Shown here: positions 11,501 through 19,918 of the stretch, piece by piece | Layout of the letters: the number at the start of each line of letters is the position of its first letter | How positions within the stretch are numbered: position 1 is the stretch's first letter | IMG/VR virus record: IMGVR_UViG_3300029425_000240 | Reading direction: 5' to 3' (one strand) | DNA: 64,000 nt | Source of the DNA: a virus | Position numbers and translations under genes: made by a program | The notes under the pieces: model-generated | What the model saw: the letters and a program-made list of their open reading frames with translations, nothing else | Told to the model about the DNA's origin: nothing | The model's database searches: none

Positions 11501-12848
11501 CGCCAGCACCCACCGAATCCTCACGGCTTCCCCGCGATGACTGGTACCTTGATTCGTTATGAACGTTTGCACGATTTCTTTCATCCCTTACCTCGGGTCT
11601 GTCCTGTCCAAAAAAATCAGAATAAGTATCTCCTTTTACAACATGACTTACATCCTGAGCGCTTTTCGTGTTAAGTTCTTCATGACCAGATATTTGTTCT
11701 ACATTTTCCCGCTTTGGTTCAAATACTTGAGGACCAGTTCTATTTATGTCTTCTGTAATATGGGAATCTTTTTCCGCATAGTCATTTGTGATACGAGAAG
11801 AATACTCATTTGTCGCAGACCTGTTATTATCTTTCTTTTCAGGCTCCGGCCTTTCATCTCTCTTATCATTCTTATGCGACCTGTCTTGTGCATCTGATAA
11901 TGTGTCATTGTCCTTGGTCTGCATCTGCTGATACAAATCAGACGACTTTCGAGCTTCGCGCTCGTACCCAGACGCTGAACGTGGATTCAAACCCTCGTGC
12001 GACGTTAAAATTGAAGTATTTGCCTCATGAGCGGATTCTTGCCGGTCATGGATTTCCCGTTCTTCGTTAAACGTATCTGGTTCATAATACTGAGTTTTAC
12101 TCTCATTGTGTTTTGTCAATTCGTCCGAAATATTACCTTTCACCACATTTGTAACATCATCTGCACTTTTACTCTTATCGTGTATACTTGTGATATTAAC
12201 AGTTGTTTCAGGTCTCTCAGCCAGTTCCTTTTGCCTTAAAGCTTCTCTTTGCCGTTGCTGTTCTTCAGCCCTGGCCATGGCCTCTCCACGTTCGTCTTCA
12301 AGTTTGGATTCCAGAGACATACGATGCTCATTATCATATCGCTCCTGTTCCGCAGCACGAGACAATGCTTCACGGCGTTCTTCGTCAAGATGAGCCCGCA
12401 TCTCGTCACCTTTTCGGTATTTTTCACTGTCCCTCTGGTTTCCGGTATGTTCTCCACCTACGATATTCTTTAAAACTTGGTCTTTCGTTGAAAGCCCCTG
12501 TGGTTCTTCCGGTCCTGGCTCCTCTTCGCCCTCTTCTACCTCTTCATCTGCAGAGGCATCTTCAATGGTTCTTTCACCATGTCCATCTTCTTGTCTCTCA
12601 AGCTGAAGTTCTCGCAGATATTCATAAAATTCCGGATACTTATCTGGAATTTCTAAAATTTCCGCATTATCAAAAAGTTCATCCAGGTCGACTCTGCTTA
12701 AAGCCTCATCTGCCGCTTTAAAGCTAATCCTTTCCTCGTCTGATATATCTGGGGAATCCTGTTTTCCGTCTATATCTATCATATCCAGACATAAACCTCT
12801 CTGAAACAGATTGGCCAATAAGCTTATATATTCTTCTTTTGGCAACAT
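5535..12848 (-). CDS. giant (~2440 aa) multidomain membrane protein: disordered acidic/Arg-rich N-terminal ~1000 aa, Ala-rich helical region, Lys-rich amphipathic segment plus single TM, C-terminal peptidoglycan-hydrolase region ending in a phage-tail-lysozyme/SLT-like domain (GYGLTQWSFGRR...)
   Basis: Single uninterrupted frame; start re-assigned to ATG 12848 after GGGAGGTGAAAAGG RBS; K-rich segment then LISALVAALGPIIIALIIVLAIILCIISYV TM; architecture resembles VirB1/PrgK/TcpG-type conjugation hydrolases (inference). Confidence 0.75.
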   Translation of the reverse strand: MLPKEEYISLLANLFQRGLCLDMIDIDGKQDSPDISDEERISFKAADEALSRVDLDELFDNAEILEIPDKYPEFYEYLRELQLERQEDGHGERTIEDASADEEVEEGEEEPGPEEPQGLSTKDQVLKNIVGGEHTGNQRDSEKYRKGDEMRAHLDEERREALSRAAEQERYDNEHRMSLESKLEDERGEAMARAEEQQRQREALRQKELAERPETTVNITSIHDKSKSADDVTNVVKGNISDELTKHNESKTQYYEPDTFNEEREIHDRQESAHEANTSILTSHEGLNPRSASGYEREARKSSDLYQQMQTKDNDTLSDAQDRSHKNDKRDERPEPEKKDNNRSATNEYSSRITNDYAEKDSHITEDINRTGPQVFEPKRENVEQISGHEELNTKSAQDVSHVVKGDTYSDFFGQDRPEVRDERNRANVHNESRYQSSRGSREDSVGAGVLDRKKAEDTSQYHSEAGSEAAVDNTRRTESENKYISDSYEKSGQRDTGETYKRHQYDGGYGGTDKENRLYEAENNHTNRNTERVGPNQGSEYNEGFIYKKDAGINKHAESDGSIVEKRREHDTEGYRSTQGFDKPNSSEPYKASSIPQHEKESVYDGNAISNPDSGNASNGTAQYKREASESKKYINDSYEQAGQRESADIQSHKDTGEDTYASFKPKAYDATKNEDQSSTFVARNERRAYDATANSTDSIARKENGDSHSVLNFGADKRPSAEPASENAKRYVSSSYEMAGQREAEHKDRGYENLERQGLADKHTGSVQPPFSDGIGEVERKYEKSSTREHSASEVTSRRQSAVDDLSKSERFQADNIVRRPISQMPASHTASNQYPGLDGDSHQPSEAKTMTHDQRQDVGNHRDEKPGASAIEEVLRNRAANQENQDADRASGGINERKQTYSRDSYESSGQAPVDEKRKEPYGPGETYSYVGRKDGQADRKVTENRVLKSDKTDVVYPQKRGSSVASESKNGLQSIKKKDETKVIEITVPSGSGQTHTVRGTVSGAAAVTAVAAALAAREAAKATSDAAKTATDKAEGMVMLKDASIMSASELAAYASAVNSAQAATQISGKQIADSYALAGQADVETIKINVEQALANAREIAAGTRSGLNVPGVTSGPVGPTSSGATQNFNITRPSIHTLGIPGVVKNSNFTDVGMFVLKEGNQVTISRNGKSKRYTVRSDGTIRIDGIVLNVYSVDKDRAFVGWKNAAVYGGKIYTATGTVLDISTDGSIGTTKTLAGLEFHIKRDVKVNAKQMTMAMTIAPALNQPITDADFVKVGDKFISNKVTESYSGLLYQKALNKGKVSQLIFKQKMAMHSVFRAQLLAGAAANMKSIDLKLDLNTLVANYDKILTSISGNSKQFYQMNVFLETRYLSDIERQYLFDAKAKLKHLGLTENTDTLKELLAGGGLSPEAASAITDYLNVYENTREKIIRKGVLGDQSIGDFKVERAFYAAALPYVLQARGLPSDKKALKKLLKAGTTSKETKELIRNVFKLQRRMFLLNLTETTLTAYAKGAVKAVKNGYRKIKSLANRYMGDDYTMRGLLMMESIIVGSAMKAYRTSRKIKWMRENAGRLLNSSIRLGKSIGNAAVAGYRGAKAGIHAVHMGGRAARKGFQYLRKNGLKKTLKKGVKKLRMKGTKVVRKGVLKVAKVAQKAAIKAIQAAIKLIQTLISALVAALGPIIIALIIVLAIILCIISYVKNAGNEVYYDAGDEDTTEVLQEMVDVLTLCHNSFRSELSNHFGGTSSTGSASGTDGSTMNAPQLQKGDSSKVQGLYDVTEGTWWNYEFTYQYIHGNWASGTRQQALDNKVTVEGNGNYAVVDQNGTKMYMAAFGSYWGKVGDVLKVEFNNEFTIGSQPASNTMYIIIADEKAWKDTGYPAEQEGIYGHHLGSHRDFAEFIGYGSKPAGLNGNGLIPTTATNMGSILDGTFDSSTIGTGSAASSVSVNADILYRQEIDQDVYRDILNRDKNIYYTFPEEQKVPDGITPTPTPEGYVKADAKGEVYGFYNNNQELISMVMAMFDFEASSSTSTKSTIISKKDASGFDEAKTNDTYQKGMTDKEVDDKWKLIEYLNEKGLDLTNYKAGGYDDLRYSALIGLFNASHIITGTAVKQYHAGPDGTINPVYNDDGRIVGQNNTDGMSYQVPVMETKTRQVRNEHGDIQIEYYTGYKTDSDGNIVYETKYAPCPGHTKYSGAVITLHFDSLLNLDDWWEKNIYGVDDFDKENPNYESSDASADTYRAKENTLKRTIQYIKKPDYYKSLSGTCSEGENSTTDSFNPGTWDGDQAKVAKEVYEFLTTKMSRKLTSEQAMGVLVNIYRECSFNYTEEETGGTGYGLTQWSFGRRTKLVQWCNANGYQYNTLEGQLKRLECEFTEDTSDWSPSGVEGFYACTTAREAGEFFITNYERPGAQYKAQRLAEMDSDIATIQAMLQS

Positions 12849-12862
12849 CCTTTTCACCTCCC

Positions 12863-13279
12863 TTAATCTGAATTTTTTGCTGCTGCAATAATCTCCGACA
12901 GCCTTAGTGTATGGATATTACGAACTTTAAACATCTCGTATTTTCTCGGGTCATCCAAAATCACATCAATTTTATTTGTCATTGCATAAAGTATTGCATA
13001 TGCTTCATCTTCCGATAATATTTCATCATTTCCGATAATACTTCGGAGAACTATCTTACTCGTTTTAAGCTCTGCTCTTTTGATTTCGCTCCTGAATATC
13101 TTTAGACTGTCTAAATCCAGGTTCTTCGCAAAATAGTCGTATATCTCCGAAGTCGTGTAGACCTCATCGTATAGATTCAAAATCAGGTATTCATAGCCTG
13201 AACGAAATAAAGTCTGTATAATTTCTTTATCAGCAATGAGTGCAGATTTTGCTTCTGGCAAATCACTGTATTTTGTCAA
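12863..13279 (-). CDS. hypothetical protein (138 aa), first gene of the giant-protein operon
   Basis: TTG start preceded by AAGGAGGAAAGGAAA; conserved box 98 nt upstream; no recognisable domain. Confidence 0.5.
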   Translation of the reverse strand: MTKYSDLPEAKSALIADKEIIQTLFRSGYEYLILNLYDEVYTTSEIYDYFAKNLDLDSLKIFRSEIKRAELKTSKIVLRSIIGNDEILSEDEAYAILYAMTNKIDVILDDPRKYEMFKVRNIHTLRLSEIIAAAKNSD

Positions 13280-13373
13280 TTTCCTTTCCTCCTTGCCTTT
13301 GCTTTTTCTTTTTTTTGCATTTTGTGGTTGTCACCTGTTGCTATTTCAGAAACAGGAATTAATTACCGCTTAT

Positions 13374-13389
13374 TCTAATATGCTAAATT
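13374..13389 (-). promoter_or_regulatory. conserved upstream box (TTTAGCATATTAGAA), giant-protein operon
   Basis: ~98 nt upstream of TTG 13279. Confidence 0.5.
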
Positions 13390-13480
13390 TTTTAAAAAAC
13401 GAATGCATTTTGTACACAAAAAAAAGAGAGGTAAGGTTTTGTCCTCATCTCTCTCCTTCCCTATTTTTTTTTCGTTTTTT

Positions 13481-13730
13481 GCTATCTTGATAGCTCACGC
13501 TTCGCGCTCGTGATACCTTGCCGTATCGGCTCGGTACCAATTTGCGCAGCAAATGTCAAACGAAGCCGTAAGGCTGAGTGGTTCGGCGAACTTGCGTTCG
13601 TCATCACCAGACGTTGACTGCCGTCCAGCAATGAAGCGTGTTTCGAATGGGGATTCAGACCCGCGTGCGAAGTTAAGACCTGAACCTTTGACCCGCGGAC
13701 GACTTTTTGTCAGCCGGGGGTTTTCGCCCT
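13481..13730. repeat. mosaic hairpin-repeat cluster R1 (modules C-A-B)
   Basis: GGTACCAATTTGCGCAGCAAATGTCAAACGAAGCCGTAAGGCTGAGTG (module A) and GTGCGAAGTTAAGACCTGAACCTTTGACCCGCGGACGACTTTTTGTCAGCCGGGGG (module B) recur at other loci; module B forms the last ~20 codons of ORF 13673-14497. Confidence 0.7.
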
Positions 13731-14497
13731 TCGTAAATACTTTGTTTCATTGCTGTATCTAGCGCTATAGCCCATATCACTCCAAAGCACATTGCGCTTA
13801 GCATAAAAATACTTGCGCCCATATTCACGAACAGTCCTGAAATGCAAGCAACAGCAGAAACTAAAGCATTTGCCCAATTTCTTTTCAATAGAAAGATAAG
13901 CAACACAATTAGCATCCCTGCAATTGGAAAATACGCCAACCACCCTTGCTGCAATGGGCTTAACATTAAATGACAGTCTCCTACATGTAAAATTTCAAAA
14001 ATGGCTTTTTTTACTTTTTCGAAATACCATGCACCTTCTCCTGCATTATTAAAGACAGAATCCCACTGCTTATCGTTTAAATACAGCGCCATTTTAAACA
14101 ATGATTTTTTATTTTGTACATTGTCTGGCAAATTTAATGCAAATAAAAACGCATGGCGGTTTGTTTTAAATGACAGCACGTATTCAAAATTCGACATCAC
14201 GCGCTGTAGCTTACTGTTCCATGTATACGCTGTATTAACAAGATAATTTATAAAATACGTGATTAACAACATGATTCCAATATACACCGGAAAGAATAAA
14301 TTTACTTTTGCTGTTTCCGTCTTTTTTTTATTCTTTTTTATCCCTATTACCCAAAATAGTCCCTTCACCGTTGACCCGATAATCACTGCCGAACAAAAAG
14401 CGACAAAAATAACAGACCATGCGATTGACGTTGCACCAAAATATTTTTCAAAGAAATAAGAAGACTCAGCAAGCAACGATTTTAATATTCTCAACAC
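13673..14497 (-). CDS. polytopic integral membrane protein (274 aa)
   Basis: GTG start after AAGGAGGG RBS; at least 5 hydrophobic helices; last ~20 codons lie inside repeat module B (13641-13730), so the true C-terminus is uncertain. Confidence 0.5.
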   Translation of the reverse strand: MLRILKSLLAESSYFFEKYFGATSIAWSVIFVAFCSAVIIGSTVKGLFWVIGIKKNKKKTETAKVNLFFPVYIGIMLLITYFINYLVNTAYTWNSKLQRVMSNFEYVLSFKTNRHAFLFALNLPDNVQNKKSLFKMALYLNDKQWDSVFNNAGEGAWYFEKVKKAIFEILHVGDCHLMLSPLQQGWLAYFPIAGMLIVLLIFLLKRNWANALVSAVACISGLFVNMGASIFMLSAMCFGVIWAIALDTAMKQSIYEGRKPPADKKSSAGQRFRS

Positions 14498-15030
14498 ATC
14501 CCTGCCCTCCTTATGTCTTCGAAAATCTTACAAATTGACTCCCTGCATTTTGAACTTGGATGCAGTGTGTCCAGATTTGAAAAATAGAATTTCGACAATT
14601 CAATTATCATAAGTTCAACATATCTTTGTTCCTTTTCTGTCATCTCCCCTCTTTCACTTATATCTTTAAACCATACAGCCGCATCCATATATTGTTTTAC
14701 TTTTTCCTCCGCTACAGCATTGACTTTTTGTTCTACCTGTGCAGTTCCTTTTTCTGATTTTTTTCTTTCTTTTTCTTTCTTATCTTCGTCACTCCAGAGG
14801 TCGTCTTCTGTGGATTCATCTTCATCAACAATCTCATCATCTCTGTTATCTTTATACATCCACATGCGGTCCGTTTCGTCTTCGCACTTTTTATCAATCT
14901 TTGCCTGCGCATGAGATGCAATAAGAGCCTCTCCGCTCTCATTATCAACAAACTCCATGTCTGAATAATCAGCTATATGCTCTACCAATGGATTAATTAC
15001 TTTTCTGCTTTTTTTTCTTCCTCTGGACAT
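14491..15030 (-). CDS. hypothetical acidic protein (179 aa)
   Basis: GGGGGAAATAAT-ATG RBS; overlaps helicase stop; D/E-rich middle. Confidence 0.5.
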   Translation of the reverse strand: MSRGRKKSRKVINPLVEHIADYSDMEFVDNESGEALIASHAQAKIDKKCEDETDRMWMYKDNRDDEIVDEDESTEDDLWSDEDKKEKERKKSEKGTAQVEQKVNAVAEEKVKQYMDAAVWFKDISERGEMTEKEQRYVELMIIELSKFYFSNLDTLHPSSKCRESICKIFEDIRRAGMC

Positions 15031-17192
15031 ATTATTTCCCCCATGTTTTTTAGTTTTTCTTTTAATCTTGTTATCCTGTTCCTCTTAAAACGATTACTTG
15101 CGGCAGTCTGTAAAGCATCATTAACCACTATAAGGACAACGCTCTTGCGCGCCCTGGAAATCGCTGTATTCACCATATTCCTTGTTAACAATGAAACTGG
15201 CTTATCCGGGAGCATAATATAAATATCATTATATTCGCTTCCCTGGCTCTTATGGATGGTAATCGCATCTGCGTGTTCCATGTCCACCGCATCATCTTTG
15301 TTTATATCTATTACTTTATCTTCACCCTGCATCCTGACTTTAACTGGATTTGTCAGCGTTTCAATAAATCCAATATCACCATTACAATACCCGGAATCGT
15401 AATTATTTTTTGTAAAAACAACCTTGTCTCCAATCTTAAAATGGTCTCCGTGAAACCAGATACCGGGTTGTTCCACATCCTCAAATTCTTTATTTAAAGC
15501 CATCGTACCGACCACGCCCTTTTTGGTCGTGGATAAAATCTGCGTATTGTGAGGGTCGCCGTGATACCGTGATTTTAAATAGGCCCTGGCTTCCTCTTCC
15601 GACTTACATGTTCTTACCACAAATGATTCATTTTCAATGAAATTGCTCTTGCCAGCAAGCACTTTCCCGCAGTTATCAATAACCGCTGAGCCTTCTCCCT
15701 GACGCATGATTTTTTTGAGTTTCACCTTTGGTATAACGTCTGAATCAATCATATCTCTTAAAACTGCACCACATCCAACACTTTCAAGCTGGTCAGGGTC
15801 TCCGCTTAGAATCAGTTTTGCACCTGATTTGACAGCTTTCAAAAGATGATATATCAGGTCTGTATCTACCATCGACATTTCATCAACTATAATAAGTTTT
15901 TCATTTAATGGGTTCTCCTCATTCTTACCGGCATCATCCGGCATATATGGATTCAACTCAAGCATTATATGTATTGTTGAAGACTCATGCCCTGAATGCT
16001 CTTTCAGCACACCTGCTGCACGTGCAGTTGGTGCGCACAGCCGTATCTCTTCATCTGGGTGTCTTTTTTTAAAAAGGTCAATAGCGCCACAGATTGTATG
16101 CGTTTTTCCGGTTCCGCCTCGTCCAAGGAGCAAGACAACACTGTTTTTATCAAAACTTTTCAGAAATTCGAGCTGTTCTTTATTGTATTTATCTTTGATA
16201 GATTCAAATACCTCTTCCTTTGTTCCCATCTCGGTATTTATCTGCATCAACCTGCTAATCTGGAACGCGATATCGGCCTCCTTATCCATTGTCCGGATAA
16301 ACCCAAGCATGCCATTTTCACAATACACGCTCTTCATATCTACAAGAGTCGCCAAAAGGTAATATGGAGACACAACATAATCCTTCCATGCTGAATATCG
16401 ATGAAGCCTCGCACAATTGATATAAAAATCTTTCAATTTGATTGCTGTGTTTCCAGACTGTTCGTTATTTACCAATACCTGATATATCATTGACCTGACC
16501 CGTTCTGTAGACAAATATCCAAAGCCGAGGTCCTTTGCAAAATTATCTGCGACCTGAAAATCCAGTTCCATTTTTTGCAAGACAGCATAAGGGTTCTGAC
16601 ACAATTTTTCTTCTGCTTCCAGCCCATACCATGCAGTCAGCATATCTATTTGCGGATACCCGATTCCATACTTTTGATACTTTTTTACGAGATGGTCTTT
16701 TTCCATCATCGCTCCCACTGTCTCTTTAAGTTCAGACAAGTAACGCTTTGAGCCCTTCAGTCCTTTCCAGAATTCCTTGTCATTCCACACATCAGAAAGC
16801 CTGCTTATGTCACCATCAACAGCATCCAGTATTCGGTTTGCAGTTTTACTTGATATTCCTTTCACCTTCACCAATAGCGTTTTTGCATATTCTTCGTCGT
16901 TATAATTAATACACGTATATGCTACCCGGTTCATGTATTTTTCTTTTACATATTTTGTAATCTTTTCAATCTTCAATTCACGAAAATCTATCTTCAAAAT
17001 CTTGTCCATATTATCTGCTGCAAATTCTGTAGTAATCGGGACACCTGGGACAACATCCGGGATTTTTCCGGCGCACAACGCTTCAAATCGCGGGCAGTCT
17101 TTATCGTAATCACTTTTAAATAAAAATTCAGCATACCCGTCACTACAACGGTCTATTAAAAAATCGACAATCCTACCTCTTACTGGAATCAT
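14997..17192 (-). CDS. RecD-like SF1 DNA helicase
   Basis: Walker A GRGGTGKTHTI, motif LILSGDPDQL, C-terminal IHKSQGSEY (RecD/TraA-type helicase motifs); start re-assigned to ATG 17192 after AAAGGAG (track starts at 17225). Confidence 0.75.
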   Translation of the reverse strand: MIPVRGRIVDFLIDRCSDGYAEFLFKSDYDKDCPRFEALCAGKIPDVVPGVPITTEFAADNMDKILKIDFRELKIEKITKYVKEKYMNRVAYTCINYNDEEYAKTLLVKVKGISSKTANRILDAVDGDISRLSDVWNDKEFWKGLKGSKRYLSELKETVGAMMEKDHLVKKYQKYGIGYPQIDMLTAWYGLEAEEKLCQNPYAVLQKMELDFQVADNFAKDLGFGYLSTERVRSMIYQVLVNNEQSGNTAIKLKDFYINCARLHRYSAWKDYVVSPYYLLATLVDMKSVYCENGMLGFIRTMDKEADIAFQISRLMQINTEMGTKEEVFESIKDKYNKEQLEFLKSFDKNSVVLLLGRGGTGKTHTICGAIDLFKKRHPDEEIRLCAPTARAAGVLKEHSGHESSTIHIMLELNPYMPDDAGKNEENPLNEKLIIVDEMSMVDTDLIYHLLKAVKSGAKLILSGDPDQLESVGCGAVLRDMIDSDVIPKVKLKKIMRQGEGSAVIDNCGKVLAGKSNFIENESFVVRTCKSEEEARAYLKSRYHGDPHNTQILSTTKKGVVGTMALNKEFEDVEQPGIWFHGDHFKIGDKVVFTKNNYDSGYCNGDIGFIETLTNPVKVRMQGEDKVIDINKDDAVDMEHADAITIHKSQGSEYNDIYIMLPDKPVSLLTRNMVNTAISRARKSVVLIVVNDALQTAASNRFKRNRITRLKEKLKNMGEIICPEEEKKAEK

Positions 17193-17226
17193 TGATGATA
17201 TGCTCCTTTCCTGTCCTTTCTGCAAA

Positions 17227-17242
17227 ATCAGTATGCTGAATT
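17227..17242 (-). promoter_or_regulatory. variant box (TTCAGCATACTGAT) at topB/helicase junction
   Basis: 46 nt upstream of helicase ATG 17192; CATAC variant. Confidence 0.3.
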
Positions 17243-17255
17243 TTTTTCGATGATA

Positions 17256-19904
17256 TTATTTTTGCGGTTTCTTTTTTCTCTCTGTGTCTGCGAATTCCAT
17301 ACCTCTTGTAAAATCGTCTTTTAAGGTTATATAGGCATTAAATGTGTTTCCACCTTTACTTTTCAAATCCTTTTTGAGGCCTGTCTTTTTCTTTTCAAGC
17401 AAATCCTTCATATCTTTTTCTGTCAATACGACCTTATCGCCTGGAAGCATTCTCCAAATCTGAAAATCGCACTTACCGTCTTTTTTATCTGCGCAGGAGA
17501 AAGCCTTGTCTGTTGCAACAATTGGCTTTCCGCATTTCGGACACTTGAGACCGGTATCTTTTGCAATGCTATGTTCCCATTCCAGTTTTCCATCTTTCAT
17601 TATCAGACTGGCATTAAAGGATGTACCATCTTTTTTCTTAAATCCTTTGATTGTTCCGGTAGACTGCCCAGAAAGTAATTTTTTCACCTGTGTATCTGTC
17701 AATGTTTTTCCACAGATTTTCGTCCAGAATATGAAACCGCACTCGTCGTCATCGCATTTATAAGACATAGGAGTCTTAACCAGAGGCTTTCCACACTTTG
17801 GACACGTCAAGTCTGTCTTACTTTCAAATGGAGCCCATGTAATTTTATGTTCTTTATTTAGTATTAACGCGGCAGAGAAAGTGCTCCCATCTTTCTTCTT
17901 AAAACTCATAACTTTCGTAGCCTTTCCGTTCAGCATATCCGCCATATCCTTATCTGTAAGGTCTGTTCCTGCAACACGTTTAAATACGGAAAAATCACAG
18001 TCAGGATAACCGCTGCAGCCGTATCCTTTTGGCAGGGCAACGACAGGTTTTCCGCATTTCGGGCATTTGCCGACCTCTTTTCTGTTTCCTGCAGCCACTT
18101 TCTGGATTTCCATTCCTTCCAGTTCTTTTAAAGCCTGATATACATAATCAATGACCTTTTCATAGACTTCATCATATGTCTTGGTGCCTTCACGTATATC
18201 ATTCATATATACTTCCCACTGTGCAGAAAGTTCAGGGCTTACAATAGAACTGCTGCCAAGATTCTCTATGTAACGTTTACCGGAATCTGTAATATGGAGG
18301 CCCTTTCCTTTCCCAGACTTTACGTCATCAATATATCCAGTAGAAACTAGTTCGGAAATGATTGCGGCTCTGGATGACGGCTGGCCAATGCCTCCTGCTT
18401 TCTTCAGCGCCTTCTTAAGCTCTGTCTCATCAGCCGCCATATATTTCTGGACATTCTCCATCGCTTTAATAAGTGTTGCCTGTGTAAAGCGCGCAGGCGG
18501 CTTGCTTACGATTTCGTGCAAGGATGTTTCTTTTTCTTTTAATTTCTGCCCCTTTTTAAAGTCTGGAAGCGGTGTCTCCTTTGGCTTTGAGGTAAGGACT
18601 GTAAAGCCAGGATTCACAACTTTGGAGCCGGTGCAGGAAAACTTAATATTATTGTCAGTCAGCACTGCTTTTGTTTTCTCTTCTTCCAATGGAGGGAAGA
18701 ATATTGCAAGAAATCTTTTGAAAATCATTTCACAGATATGCATTTCGTCCATTGTTAAATTACCGAGTGCTGCTGTATCGCCTGTCGGGATAAGCGCATC
18801 ATGCGAGGATTTCTGCACTTCAACATCATTTACAAATCGTTTATTCCCCTGTGCAGCAGCGATTGCTTCCGGGGTAACCGTTTTCACTGCTGCAGAAAGA
18901 CTCGGCATAGCCTCTACCGCTTTCAGTAATCTGGCAAAGTCTTTTGATTTTTCGGTAGACACATACCTTCCATCAGTTCTTGGATATGAAATAAGCTTAT
19001 GTCTTTCATACAGAGACTGAATCAGCTCCAGAGTCTTTTCCGGGGTATATCCATACTTAGAACCGGCTTCGACCTGGATGTCGGTTAATTTATATAACTG
19101 GTCCGGCTGCGTTTTCTTTGCTGTTTTTTCAAAACTCAGCACCTCCGCTTCACCGCTTAATGTAGTCAGAACTTTCTGGGCTTCATTTTTATCAGCATAA
19201 GACACTGCCTTGCCTTCATCGTCAATCATATATGCAGCAACTTCCGGGTTTTCTGTTACGATTGCCGGCTGATATGCCGTCTTAGAGCTAAATCCGTCAA
19301 TTGCCTTACAGTTGTCATACACGAGTTTTAATGTTGGCGCCTTAACTCGTCCAACCTTCATCAAAAAACCTGATTTCACTGTATATGCGACAGTCATATT
19401 AAAACCAATCAGCCAGTCGAACCGGCTTCGGATTCTAAAAGACTGTGTCATTCCTACATCACGTGGATTTGTATGATAATCTGTCAGGTTATTCATTGAT
19501 TTCATGATTCCAGCCGGCGTCAGGTCAGATTCAAAAAATCGGTAAGTCTTATAATTCTGCAGCCCGAGGTATGTTTCAATCAGGTCATAGATACCGTTAC
19601 CTTCCACATCACTATCGGTACCGACAATGATTGCATCGTATTTAACTTTTTTTAACTGTTCTTTTAAGTCTTTTACTTTGTTATCTGTCAAAATTCCAAC
19701 CCTAAACGGGTTCGGAATCATTGGCAGCTTTCGGTCTGCCCATTTTACATCCCAGTCTTCATATTCTTTTGGTTCACATAAACGGCAGATATGTCCGGCG
19801 AGAGCGAAAAAATCAATATCGCCGAGCGGCTTATTGCTTGCATTATAAGCAGCCTTCACCGATTTCATAGCAGATGGCTTCTCCGCCAGATATAAATATC
19901 TCAT
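17256..19904 (-). CDS. topB: DNA topoisomerase III (type IA) with C-terminal zinc-ribbon repeats
   Basis: Toprim start MRYLYLAEKPS, type IA core, four C-terminal CPKCGK-type Zn ribbons; AAGGAGGG RBS. Confidence 0.85.
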   Translation of the reverse strand: MRYLYLAEKPSAMKSVKAAYNASNKPLGDIDFFALAGHICRLCEPKEYEDWDVKWADRKLPMIPNPFRVGILTDNKVKDLKEQLKKVKYDAIIVGTDSDVEGNGIYDLIETYLGLQNYKTYRFFESDLTPAGIMKSMNNLTDYHTNPRDVGMTQSFRIRSRFDWLIGFNMTVAYTVKSGFLMKVGRVKAPTLKLVYDNCKAIDGFSSKTAYQPAIVTENPEVAAYMIDDEGKAVSYADKNEAQKVLTTLSGEAEVLSFEKTAKKTQPDQLYKLTDIQVEAGSKYGYTPEKTLELIQSLYERHKLISYPRTDGRYVSTEKSKDFARLLKAVEAMPSLSAAVKTVTPEAIAAAQGNKRFVNDVEVQKSSHDALIPTGDTAALGNLTMDEMHICEMIFKRFLAIFFPPLEEEKTKAVLTDNNIKFSCTGSKVVNPGFTVLTSKPKETPLPDFKKGQKLKEKETSLHEIVSKPPARFTQATLIKAMENVQKYMAADETELKKALKKAGGIGQPSSRAAIISELVSTGYIDDVKSGKGKGLHITDSGKRYIENLGSSSIVSPELSAQWEVYMNDIREGTKTYDEVYEKVIDYVYQALKELEGMEIQKVAAGNRKEVGKCPKCGKPVVALPKGYGCSGYPDCDFSVFKRVAGTDLTDKDMADMLNGKATKVMSFKKKDGSTFSAALILNKEHKITWAPFESKTDLTCPKCGKPLVKTPMSYKCDDDECGFIFWTKICGKTLTDTQVKKLLSGQSTGTIKGFKKKDGTSFNASLIMKDGKLEWEHSIAKDTGLKCPKCGKPIVATDKAFSCADKKDGKCDFQIWRMLPGDKVVLTEKDMKDLLEKKKTGLKKDLKSKGGNTFNAYITLKDDFTRGMEFADTERKKKPQK

Positions 19905-19918
19905 TTTTTATTCCCTCC

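Noticed and set aside
5535-12848. Giant protein as a phage tape-measure protein, with the window as prophage
   Set aside because: There are no capsid, portal, terminase, tail-tube or holin genes anywhere in 64 kb. The neighbours are a T4SS coupling protein, TopB, a RecD-like helicase, a sortase and surface proteins, which fits a conjugative element. The phage-tail-lysozyme-like C-terminal domain alone does not make it phage. The question is left open in findings.
13641-13730. tRNA-like or tmRNA-like element in repeat module B (minus strand has GGGTCTGAATCCCC, resembling a T-arm)
   Set aside because: No acceptor stem, anticodon arm or CCA context could be built. The T-arm-like segment varies between copies (CCGG variants). 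Treated as part of the repeat family instead.
13553-13762. Short ORFs 13553-13762, 45818-46030, 45922-46125 and 45965-46174
   Set aside because: They are generated by the repeat modules (the same nucleotide repeat gives similar peptides such as ...KSSAGQRFRS / ...KSSAGKMSRF). They have no RBS and lie inside UTRs.
18358-19020. Long plus-strand ORFs antisense to recognised minus-strand genes (18358-19020, 31425-32450, 43894-44457, 12203-12721, 8926-9189 and others)
   Set aside because: They overlap genes with strong family signatures on the opposite strand (TopB, SPFH, surface protein, giant protein). They lack RBSs and have the low-complexity Ser/Leu/Phe-rich composition typical of antisense frames in AT-rich DNA.
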